64,000 nucleotides of DNA from Capsulimonadaceae bacterium (GTDB lineage Bacteria; Armatimonadota; Armatimonadia; Armatimonadales; Capsulimonadaceae), in the NCBI GenBank assembly GCA_965215505.1, contig OZ244065.1, positions 3,808,001 to 3,872,000 of the forward strand. Reading direction: 5' to 3'. The position numbers were made by a program, and so were the translations under genes. This document shows, in pieces, positions 14,916 to 26,261 of the stretch. The notes beneath the pieces were generated by a model, which worked only from the letters and a program-made list of their open reading frames with translations, was not told the origin of the DNA and did not search any database. Numbering within the stretch: the stretch's first letter is position 1; every line of letters begins with the position of its first letter.

Positions 14916-16142
14916 ATGGACCGAAGGGATTTCCTAAAGGGGGTGGGTGCTGCGACGCTCGCCGGGGCGCTCGTTCCCGCGCTGAAGGCCGCCCCGCCGC
15001 CCCCGGACGTGACATCGCCGTTGTTCGTGCCGCCACCACCGTTCACCTCGCCCGCGGATGTCTATTCCGGCATCAGCGGGCCGGGCAAGGCGGTGGCCGG
15101 GGACGGAACTGGCGGCTGGCGGAGCGGCCCGGACGGCGTCCACTATCAGGGGCCGGATCCCAAGCCGGGCTGGACCGTCATCAAGGCCGGGCTGACCGAC
15201 GATTCCGCCGTCAGAACCGGGCTGATCCCGCCGATCAGGCCGATCTGGGACCTGCACCTGCGCGACACCGTCGTCATCCTGGGCGGCGACGGCCACTACT
15301 ACATGACCGGCTCCTCGGGCGACAACATCTGGGACCGCAACGAAGGCATAGAGCTGTGGCGGTCAGCGGACCTCCAGAAGTGGGACTATCTGGGCCTCGT
15401 TTGGAGCATCGAGAAGGACGCCACCTGGGAGAAGCGGTGGCGGCTGCTGCACGACAAGCCGACCCGCAACGTCTGGGCACCCGAGATCCACTTTGTCAAG
15501 GGCAACTACTTCCTCTGCCTGTCCATGGCACCGGGCGGCGTCGCCATCTACAAGAGCAAGACCGGCAAGCCGGAAGGGCCGTATGTTACCGCCCTGGCCG
15601 AAGACAAGCCGCTCGTTGGCGGCATTGACGCGACTCTGTTCCAGGACGACGACGGCAAGGTCTACTTTTCTAATGGCGGCGGCGGCACGATCCACTTGAT
15701 GAAGGACGACATGAGCGGGTTCGCCGATGCCGGGCAGCGAGTCACGCTGCAAGGGCCGAACGCGCTGGGGGCGGACGGGGCGGGCCGCCCGCCGGGCCGC
15801 ATCGGGCACGAAGGGGTGTCGCTGTTCAAGGCGAACGGCACCTACTATCTGGGCGCGGCCGACACCTATTTGGGCCGCTACAGCAGCATGGTGGCGCAGT
15901 CGCCCAGCATTTATGGCCCCTACACGCTGCTGCAAGAGGCAGTCCCCTGCGGCGCGGGCACGAACTACTTCAAGGACAAGGAGGGCCGCTGGTGGTGTGC
16001 CTTCTTCGGCAATGATACTCAGGCACCCTGGCGGGAGAAGCCGGGGCTGGTCAGGATCGAGTTCGACAAGAAGGGCATGATCCAGGTGGCGAAGGAGCAA
16101 CCGCCTTTCGTACTCCGGGAGAGTGCCCGGAAGCATGTCTGA
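14916..16142 (+). CDS. GH43 family glycosidase with Tat signal
   Basis: MDRRDFLK twin-arginine; LRD, WAPEIH, IDATLFQDDDG and HEG motifs. Confidence 0.85.
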   Translation: MDRRDFLKGVGAATLAGALVPALKAAPPPPDVTSPLFVPPPPFTSPADVYSGISGPGKAVAGDGTGGWRSGPDGVHYQGPDPKPGWTVIKAGLTDDSAVRTGLIPPIRPIWDLHLRDTVVILGGDGHYYMTGSSGDNIWDRNEGIELWRSADLQKWDYLGLVWSIEKDATWEKRWRLLHDKPTRNVWAPEIHFVKGNYFLCLSMAPGGVAIYKSKTGKPEGPYVTALAEDKPLVGGIDATLFQDDDGKVYFSNGGGGTIHLMKDDMSGFADAGQRVTLQGPNALGADGAGRPPGRIGHEGVSLFKANGTYYLGAADTYLGRYSSMVAQSPSIYGPYTLLQEAVPCGAGTNYFKDKEGRWWCAFFGNDTQAPWREKPGLVRIEFDKKGMIQVAKEQPPFVLRESARKHV

Positions 16143-16203
16143 GTCGCGACAGGAACCGTGACCATCATCAGGGGGTTGTTCTCTATGTCGAGGAGAATCT
16201 TCC

Positions 16204-16413
16204 ATGGAAACAACATTCATCGCGCCGGACATCGAATGCGCCGGATGCGCGGCCAGCATCCAGAAGGCTCTGGGGCGGCAGGACGGCGTCCAGGCCGTGA
16301 CGGTGGACGTGCCGACCCGGCGGGTGACGGTCGCCTTTGACGACGCCCGGACGGGCCGCGCCCAGGTCGCCGAGACTTTGACCGACATCGGCTTCCCGCC
16401 GCAGGAAGACTAG
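16204..16413 (+). CDS. copZ: Copper chaperone (HMA domain)
   Basis: 69 aa, IECAGC metal motif, C-terminal IGF; GAGGAG SD; directly upstream of a P1B ATPase. Confidence 0.85.
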   Translation: METTFIAPDIECAGCAASIQKALGRQDGVQAVTVDVPTRRVTVAFDDARTGRAQVAETLTDIGFPPQED

Positions 16414-16422
16414 GCGGCCCCA

Positions 16423-18753
16423 ATGAACGGAGTCGAACTGACCGTGCTGGCCGGAGCCGTCGGCGTCATCGGCCTGCTGTACTGGTTCTTCTTCGGGCCG
16501 AAGGGGGCCGCGCCGCCGGTCGCCGCGCCCCAAAGCGGCGATGCGCGCACCGACCTCGTCATCATGGGCATGACCTGTGCGGCCTGCGTCTCGCGCGTCG
16601 AGAAGGCCGCCCGGCGCGTGCCGGGCGTCGCCGACGCGGCCGTCAACCTGCTGGCGAGCCGGGGCATGTTCACCTATGACCCCGCCCTGACGTCGCCCCC
16701 CGTCATCGCCGCCGCCATCGAGAAGATCGGCTTTGAGGCCGCGCCGCTGACCCAAGGCACCCCGAAGGCGGACCATGCCGAGGCGAGCCGCGCGCTGGCG
16801 CGTCGCTTCTGGACGGCGGCGGCACTGACGCTGCCGGTCGTCATAGGCGCGATGGGTGGCGAGATGATGCGCCTGCCGCTCCCCGCCTGGCTCGTCTCGC
16901 CGTGGACGCAGCTCCTCCTGACGACCCCCGTGCTGTTCTGGGCGGGCGGGCCGTTCTTCCGGGGGGCCTGGCTGTCACTCCGGCAGCGCGGCAGCGACAT
17001 GAACACTTTGATCGCGCTGGGGACCGGCACCGCCTACCTCTATTCGCTGGCGGCGACCGCCCTGCCGCGCCTTTTCGCTCCCCCGCACCACGTCTACTAT
17101 GAAACCGCCGACGTCATCATCACCCTGCTGCTGCTGGGGAGGATGCTGGAAGCGCGGGCGAAGGGCCGGACCGGCGCGGCCATCGAGACCTTGCTCGGCT
17201 TGCAGCCCAAGACCGCGCGTGTCGTAGAAGGCGAACTGGAGCGGGACGTCCCAATTGAGCAAGTGAGGGTGGGGGACCGGGTGCGCGTCCGGCCCGGCGA
17301 GCGCGTGCCGGTAGACGGGCGCATTCTGGAAGGCGCGTCGGCCATTGACGAGAGCATGATCACGGGCGAGAGCCTGCCGGTGGAGAAGGGCGTGGGGGCG
17401 TCGGTCGTCGGCGCGACCGTGAACACGCGCGGTTCGTTCGTCTTCGAGGTGACCCGCATCGGGGCGGAGACGGCCCTGGCCCGCATCGCCGCCCTGGTCC
17501 GGCAGGCACAAAGCTCGCGCGCCCCGATCCAGAAGCTGGCCGACCGCATCACGGCCGTCTTCGTCCCGGCCGTGCTGATGATCGCCGCCGCAACTTTTGC
17601 GCTGTGGTTTTCGGTCGGCCACGCGCCGGGCCTGGCCCTGTCCTGCTTCATCGCCGTGCTGATCATCGCCTGCCCCTGCGCCCTGGGCCTGGCAACTCCG
17701 ACCTCGTTGATGGTCGGGGTGGGGAAGGGGGCCGAGTACGGCATCTTGATTAAAGACGCCGAGGCTCTGGAGCGGGCGGGGACAGTGCGAACGGTCGTTT
17801 TAGATAAGACCGGGACGCTGACGACCGGCAAGCCTGTCCTGACCGACATCGTGCCGGCGAACGGCATGGCCCCGCAGGAGATCCTGCGCCTGACGGCGGC
17901 TGCCGAGCGCGGCTCCGAACACCCCCTGGCCTCGGCCATCCTCGCCGGGGCATTGGCGCAGGGCGTTGGCGGCGCGGAGGTTTCCCACTTCGACAGCCTC
18001 GCCGGGTCGGGCATCGCGGCCACCGTGGAGGGCCACTCGGTCCTGGCCGGGAACGCCGGACTGCTGGCCGCATACGGCATCGCCTCCGAAACGCTGACGC
18101 AGCGCGCCCTGGAACTGGCCGAGGCGGGCCGGACGCCGATGTATGTCGCCGTGGACGGCCACGCGGCCGGGCTGGTCGCCGTCGCCGACACCCTGAAGCC
18201 GACCTCGCGGGCGGCAGTCGCGTCCCTCAAAGCTTTGGGCCTGACCGTGGTGATTCTGACGGGGGACAACGCGCGCACGGCGCGGGCCGTCGCGGATGAG
18301 GCGGGAGTGGAGGAGGTGCGGGCGGACGTCCGCCCCGAGGACAAGGCCGCCGAGGTGAAGCGCTTGCAGGGGCTTGGGGGCGGGGTGGCGATGGTCGGCG
18401 ACGGCATCAACGACGCCCCCGCGCTGGCGCAGGCCGACGTCGGCATCGCGCTGGGAACGGGAGCGGACGCCGCCATCGAGGCCGCCGACATCACCCTGCT
18501 CGGCGGCGACCTCTTGGGAGTCGCGACCGCCATCGCACTGTCGCGGGCGACATTGGGCAACGTCCGGCAGAACTTGATGTTCGCCTTCGGCTACAACACC
18601 CTGGGCATCCCGCTGGCGGCGGGCCTGCTGTACGCCGTGACCGGCCACGGCCTGCTCTCGCCGATGCTCGCCTCGGCGGCCATGGCCCTGTCGTCCGTCT
18701 CAGTCGTCACCAACGCGCTCCGGCTGCGCGGGTTCAGGCCGCCCCGACCCTAA
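16423..18753 (+). CDS. copA: Cu(I)-translocating P1B-type ATPase
   Basis: [39 protein letters not shown] and MALSS motifs. Confidence 0.95.
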   Translation: MNGVELTVLAGAVGVIGLLYWFFFGPKGAAPPVAAPQSGDARTDLVIMGMTCAACVSRVEKAARRVPGVADAAVNLLASRGMFTYDPALTSPPVIAAAIEKIGFEAAPLTQGTPKADHAEASRALARRFWTAAALTLPVVIGAMGGEMMRLPLPAWLVSPWTQLLLTTPVLFWAGGPFFRGAWLSLRQRGSDMNTLIALGTGTAYLYSLAATALPRLFAPPHHVYYETADVIITLLLLGRMLEARAKGRTGAAIETLLGLQPKTARVVEGELERDVPIEQVRVGDRVRVRPGERVPVDGRILEGASAIDESMITGESLPVEKGVGASVVGATVNTRGSFVFEVTRIGAETALARIAALVRQAQSSRAPIQKLADRITAVFVPAVLMIAAATFALWFSVGHAPGLALSCFIAVLIIACPCALGLATPTSLMVGVGKGAEYGILIKDAEALERAGTVRTVVLDKTGTLTTGKPVLTDIVPANGMAPQEILRLTAAAERGSEHPLASAILAGALAQGVGGAEVSHFDSLAGSGIAATVEGHSVLAGNAGLLAAYGIASETLTQRALELAEAGRTPMYVAVDGHAAGLVAVADTLKPTSRAAVASLKALGLTVVILTGDNARTARAVADEAGVEEVRADVRPEDKAAEVKRLQGLGGGVAMVGDGINDAPALAQADVGIALGTGADAAIEAADITLLGGDLLGVATAIALSRATLGNVRQNLMFAFGYNTLGIPLAAGLLYAVTGHGLLSPMLASAAMALSSVSVVTNALRLRGFRPPRP

Positions 18754-19574
18754 CCTAATTCCCGAAGATCGCCGATAATTCTCTCAGGACGCCACTCCGG
18801 CGGCGCGGCCTGGGCTTGGGCCGGGCTGGTCACGCCGGTCAGCACTAGGACCGTATGCGCGCCCGCCCGGCGACCGACGGCGATATCGGTGTCCAGGCGG
18901 TCGCCGATCATGACGCTTTCGGAGGCCTTGACATTGGCCACCGCCAGGATGGCCTCGTAACCGTGCGCCTCTGGCTTGCCGATGTTGACCGGCTCCCGGC
19001 CCGTCGCGGTGGCGAGGGCGGCGACGAGTGAGCCGCCGCCGGGCACCTCACCGTCTTCGGTGGGCAGGGTCGAGTCGCGGTTGGTGGCGATGAACTGGGC
19101 GTGGCCGCGCGTGATGGCGGCGTGGGCGAAGTGGAGTTTGTCGTAGGTGAACTTCCGGTCAATGCCGACCACGACGTAGTCGATGTCGTGATAATCCACC
19201 GCATCGGGCTGGGTGACGACGGAAAGCCCCGCCGAGTCATGCAATTCGGCGGCCAGGCCCGGCTCGCCGATGACGAACACGGAACTTCCCGCCGCCCCGC
19301 GCTGTCTGAGGTACAGGGCGGCGGCGTAGGCCGAGGTGAAGATGGCCGACTCGGGCACTTCCAGGCCGTTCACTTTGAGCAACTTCGCCTGGTAGTCCGC
19401 GCGTGTCTGAGCCGAGTTGTTGGTCAGGAAGTAGACTGACTTGCCCGCGTCTTGCAGGCGGCGGACCGCCTCGGCGGAGTGGGCGATGGGCGTGCTGCCC
19501 AGGTACAGCACCCCGTCGAGGTCGAAGACGTAAACCGAAGCGGCCGAGAGCGTTTCGGCGGGGATTGCAGGCAT
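18750..19574 (-). CDS. HAD-superfamily subfamily IIA hydrolase (NagD-like)
   Basis: [34 protein letters not shown]. Confidence 0.93.
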   Translation of the reverse strand: MPAIPAETLSAASVYVFDLDGVLYLGSTPIAHSAEAVRRLQDAGKSVYFLTNNSAQTRADYQAKLLKVNGLEVPESAIFTSAYAAALYLRQRGAAGSSVFVIGEPGLAAELHDSAGLSVVTQPDAVDYHDIDYVVVGIDRKFTYDKLHFAHAAITRGHAQFIATNRDSTLPTEDGEVPGGGSLVAALATATGREPVNIGKPEAHGYEAILAVANVKASESVMIGDRLDTDIAVGRRAGAHTVLVLTGVTSPAQAQAAPPEWRPERIIGDLRELG

Positions 19575-19588
19575 GTTTGGCACGCGCC

Positions 19589-19618
19589 AGTGTAGCACAT
19601 CGGGCGGAAACTTGTCAA
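19589..19618 (-). promoter_or_regulatory. sigma70-type promoter for the HAD-IIA gene
   Basis: TTGACA (19618-19613), 18 nt spacer, TACACT (19594-19589) with extended -10 TG. Confidence 0.7.
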
Positions 19619-19803
19619 ACGCAGTGCGCCGGGCGAATTGTCACCCGGCGTCAACATTAGACCCGTGCGGCAGGGTTCAGGCGTGGAACCGCCGGGTAAA
19701 GTGAACCCGTAGAACATACAGCACCAGAAGCCGCGCGAGCAGCTTTCCGACTCAACAAACCCTTCTGCGCACGACTGGCAGAGTCTTAGAAGGTCAACTC
19801 AAC

Positions 19804-20073
19804 ATGAAATCCTCAACGGAAATAGACATCAACCAGCGCGTTTTCGCGCTTCAGCATTTGGACTCGGGCGAATACATCTGCCTGCTGCAAGAGGGCACCG
19901 ACTACCTCGCCTGTTTCTCCGACGGCGACAGCGCCTTGGAGTTTCGCTCCTCGCTCGGCTTGCAGGAGCATGTGGACCTGCGCGCCATGACCCTGGACCG
20001 CAGCCCCTTCAAGCACTTCTGGCTGGACGGCGAGAACGTGGACATCCGCAAGGAGCAGGAAGTCGCGAACTAG
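19804..20073 (+). CDS. Small hypothetical protein (89 aa)
   Basis: AAGGT SD-like sequence, host-like codon usage, globular composition; family not recognised. Confidence 0.7.
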   Translation: MKSSTEIDINQRVFALQHLDSGEYICLLQEGTDYLACFSDGDSALEFRSSLGLQEHVDLRAMTLDRSPFKHFWLDGENVDIRKEQEVAN

Positions 20074-20179
20074 CGGCGGCAGGTGATATGACGGATACGA
20101 GCGGCCCGCCTCCCGATGCATGATGAATGCATGGGGGCGGGCCGTTGTGCGTTGGGATGGGTAGGGGAGCCATGACCGC

Positions 20180-20204
20180 GTAGGGGCGGGGTCCCCCGCC
20201 CTCT
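20180..20204 (+). repeat. GTAG-type REP
   Basis: GTAGGGGCGGGGTCCCCCGCCCT; same family at 28373, 30734, 33075, 43387 and 45252. Confidence 0.75.
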
Positions 20205-21805
20205 TATCGCCCCGCCCCTTCATTGACCCGCCCGCCCCCCAATGCCTCCAAAAACGCCTCCCCTTCCAACTCCTGCACCTCGTACCGCTCCCCCTCCTCG
20301 GCCAGCGGCCCCAGCGCCTGCGTCGTCTCCAGGCCAAGCGTCACTTCTTTGACGAACGCCGCTCCCAGCGCCGCTTGCAGCCGCGCGCCGTCGTGGTGGA
20401 AATACTCCTGCAACAGCGGCACGACCCGCCGATACCAGGCGAAACGCAGGTCGTCCGCCGTCCTGACCCCCATCAGGTAGCTGTGCCCGATCCGGTGATC
20501 CGGGTCCAGCAGGGCCGCCACGCGCCTGTTCAGCCGCGTCAGCAGCTCCTGCAAGTTGACCCCGGCTACGTCCTCAGACAGCAACTCCGGCTTTGGCGGC
20601 ATCTCGACGAACGTGAACCGCCGCCGCAGGGCAAGGTCCAGCAGGGCGATGGAGCGGTCCGCCGTATTCATCGTGCCCAGGATCGTCAGGTTGGCGGGGA
20701 CGCCGAACCGCTCCCCCGAGTACGGCAGCGTCACCCGCACCTCGTTCGGCATTCCCAGCCGCTTGTCGTCCTCGATCAGCGTGATTAGTTCCCCTAACAC
20801 CTTCGCGATGTTCGCCCGGTTGATCTCGTCAATGATGATCAGGTACTCCTTGTCCGGGTTCCCCTCCGCCGTCCGGCAGGCCCGCTTGAACACGCCGTCC
20901 ACGACCGCGTAGCTCACCTGCCCCTCATGGATGACCGGCTTGACCCCTTCCACGAACTCCTCATAGGCGAATGACTGATGAAACGTCACCATTTCCACCT
21001 TGTCCGCGTCGGTGAACGCCTTGGCGAACTGCGTCACCAGCCACGTCTTGCCCGTGCCGGGCGGTCCGTAGAGGAGGATGTTCTTGGTGCGCTCCGCCAT
21101 TCGGAGCAGCGGCTTGACGGCTTCCGGTACAAAGCGCTTCTGGGCGACACTTTTAGGATGTTGGGTCCCATCTTTTTCTTCTAAACCCATCAAGTTCAGG
21201 TGGTGGTAAGTCGAGCGAGGTACACGAACGGCTTGGTCGCTCATGGGCCTGCTTATTAGCTCGTTGTTATGATCTAGCCTCGTTACCAAAGTGCTGTAGT
21301 CAGCATCGTATTCCACATAAGTCGCTGGTTTCCAGACAGCACGATTCCATGACTTGATCTCGCTGGTAGCGACCATGCATTGTACTTGATTACCTTGACT
21401 CACCAAGATGTTTGCCGCTTCTGCCTGTTTGGGGTGTAGAGGCATATAGTCCTCTCCAAGTTCCCAGGTCGTTTCGGCGGGCGTTGGATTAGCTTTTGCT
21501 ACGCGGGCTTCACCTCGCTTGGTGATCTTATAGAAGCCATGACCTGACACGCTTGTCGGGTACAACTCACCTTTCTTCACTAGTTCATGCCTAACAAGTT
21601 GCACGTCGTTTTTCCACCGGCTGTCACGCTGGCTGCCCTGTTTAACAACGAGTTCTTCCTGTGTCAGTTTGAATAAATCTGCTAATGGCTGATACAAATT
21701 GGATGGTTTGGCCTGCCCACCTTGGCGTATGATCTCTTCGAGCAAGGGCAACTCCATATCCTTACGGTTCGGAAAAGTGAAACTATAGTCAGTAGATTGT
21801 GGCAC
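20204..21805 (-). CDS. mcrB: McrB-family AAA+ GTPase with N-terminal Mrr_N-like winged-helix domain
   Basis: GPPGTGKT, VTFHQSFAYEEFVEG, IIDEINRAN, GTMNTADRS, ALRRRF, IGHSY, PLLQEYF. N-terminus (PLLEEI...LADLFKLT...RWKNDV...GFYKITKRG) resembles Mrr_N. GTG start. Confidence 0.9.
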   Translation of the reverse strand: MPQSTDYSFTFPNRKDMELPLLEEIIRQGGQAKPSNLYQPLADLFKLTQEELVVKQGSQRDSRWKNDVQLVRHELVKKGELYPTSVSGHGFYKITKRGEARVAKANPTPAETTWELGEDYMPLHPKQAEAANILVSQGNQVQCMVATSEIKSWNRAVWKPATYVEYDADYSTLVTRLDHNNELISRPMSDQAVRVPRSTYHHLNLMGLEEKDGTQHPKSVAQKRFVPEAVKPLLRMAERTKNILLYGPPGTGKTWLVTQFAKAFTDADKVEMVTFHQSFAYEEFVEGVKPVIHEGQVSYAVVDGVFKRACRTAEGNPDKEYLIIIDEINRANIAKVLGELITLIEDDKRLGMPNEVRVTLPYSGERFGVPANLTILGTMNTADRSIALLDLALRRRFTFVEMPPKPELLSEDVAGVNLQELLTRLNRRVAALLDPDHRIGHSYLMGVRTADDLRFAWYRRVVPLLQEYFHHDGARLQAALGAAFVKEVTLGLETTQALGPLAEEGERYEVQELEGEAFLEALGGGRVNEGAGR

Positions 21806-21807
21806 TG

Positions 21808-23097
21808 TCAGATTACCCCCTGAAAAACATCTTTCAGTTCCTCAATCAACTGCCGGATACCTTCCGGTTTGCCTAGCTCGACGCGCAAACCCAGCGTGGC
21901 GGCCTGGACCGTGCCGCCGCCTTCCAGGTCGAATCGGAGGCGCAGGGGTTCGGCCATGCCTGCGGTCTGGGGGTAGAGGAGCAGGACGCGGGGGCAGGCG
22001 TAGCGGCGGGCGTAGGCGTGCATCTGGTACATGTCAGCGGGGGTGATGCCTGATGCGCCGCGCTCGGCGGGGGCGAGGGCTTTGTACTTGGTGTCCAGCA
22101 GGAGCGGGAAAGTGCCGTCAGCGGCGCGCAGGGCGAGGTCGGGTTTCAGGTGGAAGGCGGCGCGGCCTTCGCGGCGGGCGAGGTGCAGTGCGGTCCCCGC
22201 CGATTGAGGGAGCAGGGTGCAGTCGGCCAGCGAGGGCGGCAGTATGGCAGCGCGGTGGCATCGGAGGAAGTTGAAGACGAAGGACTCGAACAGGCGATTC
22301 ATGTCGAAGACGAAGGCGAACGCGTCCCGGTCGCCGCCCGAAAGCTGTAGGGAGCCGCCGTCGAGGAAGAGCCGGGCCAGGGTCAGCAGGGGGGCGTAGG
22401 CGGGGTGCAGGCGCGTCAGGGACACGGCGGACGCCTCGGCGGCGGTGACATTAGGGAGCAGAGTCACCCCGTCCATCCAGGCGCGCAGGGTGGACAGAGC
22501 GCGGCGGTTGTCGGAGTCGCGGGTGAGTGTCCACAGGCGCTCCACGACGAAGCGGAGGATGCGGTTCAGGGGGTTGTCGGGCGTGAACTCATCGTAGGTG
22601 ACGCAGAACCGGTGCCGATGGGCGGGGCGGCGGAGCTGGGCGGTCAGCCGCCACTTGCCGCGCAGGAGGGGCGAGTCGTCGTCTTCGATTGGGATGTAGC
22701 CCCGGACGATGCCGCGCTGCCAGACGTCGGTGAGGTGGGCCGTGAACAGGCGGGTCAGGACCTCGAACCAGTTGGCATGGCGGCGCAGCAGGGGGGCCAG
22801 GGCGTGTTCGCGGATGGGGAGGTCGGCGGCGACGGCCAGCAGGTGGAGCAGGTTCCGGGCGGCCTCATCGGCACTGCACTCCTCGTGCCGGTAGATTTTG
22901 GGCAGGATTTGGATCGTCTCGCGCCCCAGCCGGACGACGCCGACGTACTGAGTCGCCTGCACGGCGGGGGAACCGGTCCGGTCAAGGACGGCCCGCAACA
23001 CATCGTCGCCTCGCTCCCGGTTCAGGCGCTCCAATGAGGCCAGGCGGCGCGGGTCCCAGGGGAAGGGGGCGGTCTTGTTCTCGAAGAGGGTGAGCAT
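21808..23097 (-). CDS. mcrC: McrC-family PD-(D/E)xK nuclease subunit
   Basis: YVGVV...IQILPKI, DNPLNRIL, FDMNRLFESFV, KPDL...LDTKYK, DMYQMHAYA, LLYP. Confidence 0.92.
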   Translation of the reverse strand: MLTLFENKTAPFPWDPRRLASLERLNRERGDDVLRAVLDRTGSPAVQATQYVGVVRLGRETIQILPKIYRHEECSADEAARNLLHLLAVAADLPIREHALAPLLRRHANWFEVLTRLFTAHLTDVWQRGIVRGYIPIEDDDSPLLRGKWRLTAQLRRPAHRHRFCVTYDEFTPDNPLNRILRFVVERLWTLTRDSDNRRALSTLRAWMDGVTLLPNVTAAEASAVSLTRLHPAYAPLLTLARLFLDGGSLQLSGGDRDAFAFVFDMNRLFESFVFNFLRCHRAAILPPSLADCTLLPQSAGTALHLARREGRAAFHLKPDLALRAADGTFPLLLDTKYKALAPAERGASGITPADMYQMHAYARRYACPRVLLLYPQTAGMAEPLRLRFDLEGGGTVQAATLGLRVELGKPEGIRQLIEELKDVFQGVI

Positions 23098-23279
23098 GAT
23101 CCTCTCCCCGGCGCAAGCGCCGACCCTCCCCTCGGAGGGAAGGGTGGGTGAAAGGCGGCTTGTTGGTCTTAACGGAAGCCTTGCCGTGACCGGAGGCCAC
23201 CCGGCATTACAGACCGACCTCTATTTACCCACCCTTCCCTCCGAGGGGAGGGTCGGCGCTTGCGCCGGGGAGAGGATCA
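23097..23279. repeat. MITE-like element with perfect 53-bp terminal inverted repeats
   Basis: 23097-23149 (TGATCCTCTCCCCGGCGCAAGCGCCGACCCTCCCCTCGGAGGGAAGGGTGGGT) is the exact reverse complement of 23227-23279. Confidence 0.92.
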
Positions 23280-23816
23280 GAAATGCAGACCCGCCGTGAC
23301 GATGAAGCCGTCGGCGCGCTGGACGGCCTGGTACTTGGCGCTCACGGTCAGCAGGCCGCCGGGGAGGCTGTAGCCCAGCTCGCCGTAGGCACCCACCTTC
23401 TGAGTTGTGGAGAGCTGGTCCAGGACGCTGCTGTTGCGGTGCTGGTTCAGGAAGTAGTAGCCGACGCCCCCGCCGACATAGACGCCTGCGCCGACGCCGA
23501 CCTGCAAGCCGGCCGTCAGCGGGACGACGGTCGAGTGGCTGCCGGACTTGGAGCCGGTCTCGACGCCCGCGCCCAGGACGACGCGCAGGGGGGTGGGGTT
23601 CGGGATGGGCAGGCCGTAGTGGAACTCGACGTCGAGCTGGGTGTTGCCGCCCGCCGATTTGGCCGCGCCGCTGGACGGGATGAAGACGCCCGCCGTGATG
23701 GCGTTGGGGCTGCCCAGGATCGGCAGGGCCGGGCCGGGGGCGGCGTGGGCTGCGCCCGCGGAGAGGCTGAGGGTGGTGGTAAGGGCGGCGAATGCGCCGG
23801 TCAGTCGAAGGTTCAT
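23277..23816 (-). CDS. Small outer-membrane beta-barrel-like protein
   Basis: Signal peptide ending AHA-A, alternating beta strands, YVGGGVGYY, terminal GLHF; AAGGAG SD. Confidence 0.75.
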   Translation of the reverse strand: MNLRLTGAFAALTTTLSLSAGAAHAAPGPALPILGSPNAITAGVFIPSSGAAKSAGGNTQLDVEFHYGLPIPNPTPLRVVLGAGVETGSKSGSHSTVVPLTAGLQVGVGAGVYVGGGVGYYFLNQHRNSSVLDQLSTTQKVGAYGELGYSLPGGLLTVSAKYQAVQRADGFIVTAGLHF

Positions 23817-23855
23817 GGTATTCTCCTTGCGATCAGTTCAAGACGTTCAGAGCAG

Positions 23856-24364
23856 TCAGAAGCGGGCACCGAGCGCCAATGTCGCGCCGCCCGCCCGGTC
23901 TGTCAGGCGGTATTGGGCGTTGACGAAGACCGTCCCGGTGAGGTTGTAGCCGGCCTCGGCATAGGCGCCGGGCCGGAAGAAGGCGTGGATGCCGTTCAGG
24001 TCGGACCCGTAGACGCCCGCGCCGAAGCCCGCGTACCCGGACTGGGCATCGAGCGGGGAGCGGCCCCCGCTCAGGCCGTAGGACAGGCCGACGGTGCCGC
24101 TGACCAGGGTGGAGCCTTCGCCCCGGCTGCTGCGCGCGGCGCTGGCTCCCAGGACGATGCGCGAAACCGCCGCAGGCTTTGCGGGGAGCGCGTAGCGGAC
24201 GTCCAGGATCGGCAGGCTGCTCGTGGCGCGGGCGCGCGTCTCCCCCGACGACGGCAGGAAGACGCCGAGGCTGACGCTGACGGGTTTGGGCGTCTGCGCG
24301 TGTGCCGGCACTGCTGACGCCAGCAGGAGGAGGACGGGGACCAGGTTTCTCATGGCTGCATGGG

Positions 24365-24368
<4 letters not shown>
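23856..24368 (-). CDS. Small outer-membrane beta-barrel-like protein, paralog of 23277-23816
   Basis: Signal peptide (AHA-Q), GVFLPSSG, YAGFGAGVY, GAYAEAGY, terminal GARF; ATGA overlap with the serA stop. Confidence 0.72.
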
Positions 24369-25948
<1,580 letters not shown>

Positions 25949-26261
25949 TGAATAAACTCCCTTGTTCTGATTCTAGCGTTCCGATGCGGCGCAGGAGGCC
26001 GGGTTGAATGGGGTTCGTTTCCGCAAAAAAGCATGCTCGTTTTTGCGTGACGCCTTCCCCGGAATGAAATCCGGTCTTCGGCGGGTGGGAGTTCGTTTTG
26101 ACAAATTTCACTGCTTCGTCGGCGTCGGCCTCCGCCCTCGTTCCGGGGTTCGTTTTTGCAGATTTGTTTGTTGTCTCGGTCTAACGTCCCTGCCCTCTAA
26201 GATATAAATGTCTACTGTTTATCCCGTGATTGTACCCGATAACAGACAGAAGATCAAGACG

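Noticed and set aside
16150-16200. CsoR/CueR operator or promoter for copZA
   Set aside because: No convincing palindrome or -35/-10 pair in the short gap.
19640-19800. Known riboswitch or ECF promoter upstream of the 89-aa gene
   Set aside because: No riboswitch consensus recognised; the GGAAC...CGT match is too weak to call without a covariance or motif search.
26010-26165. CRISPR array
   Set aside because: Units are short and degenerate, spacing is irregular, and no cas genes are present. No regular repeat-spacer array was seen anywhere in the window.
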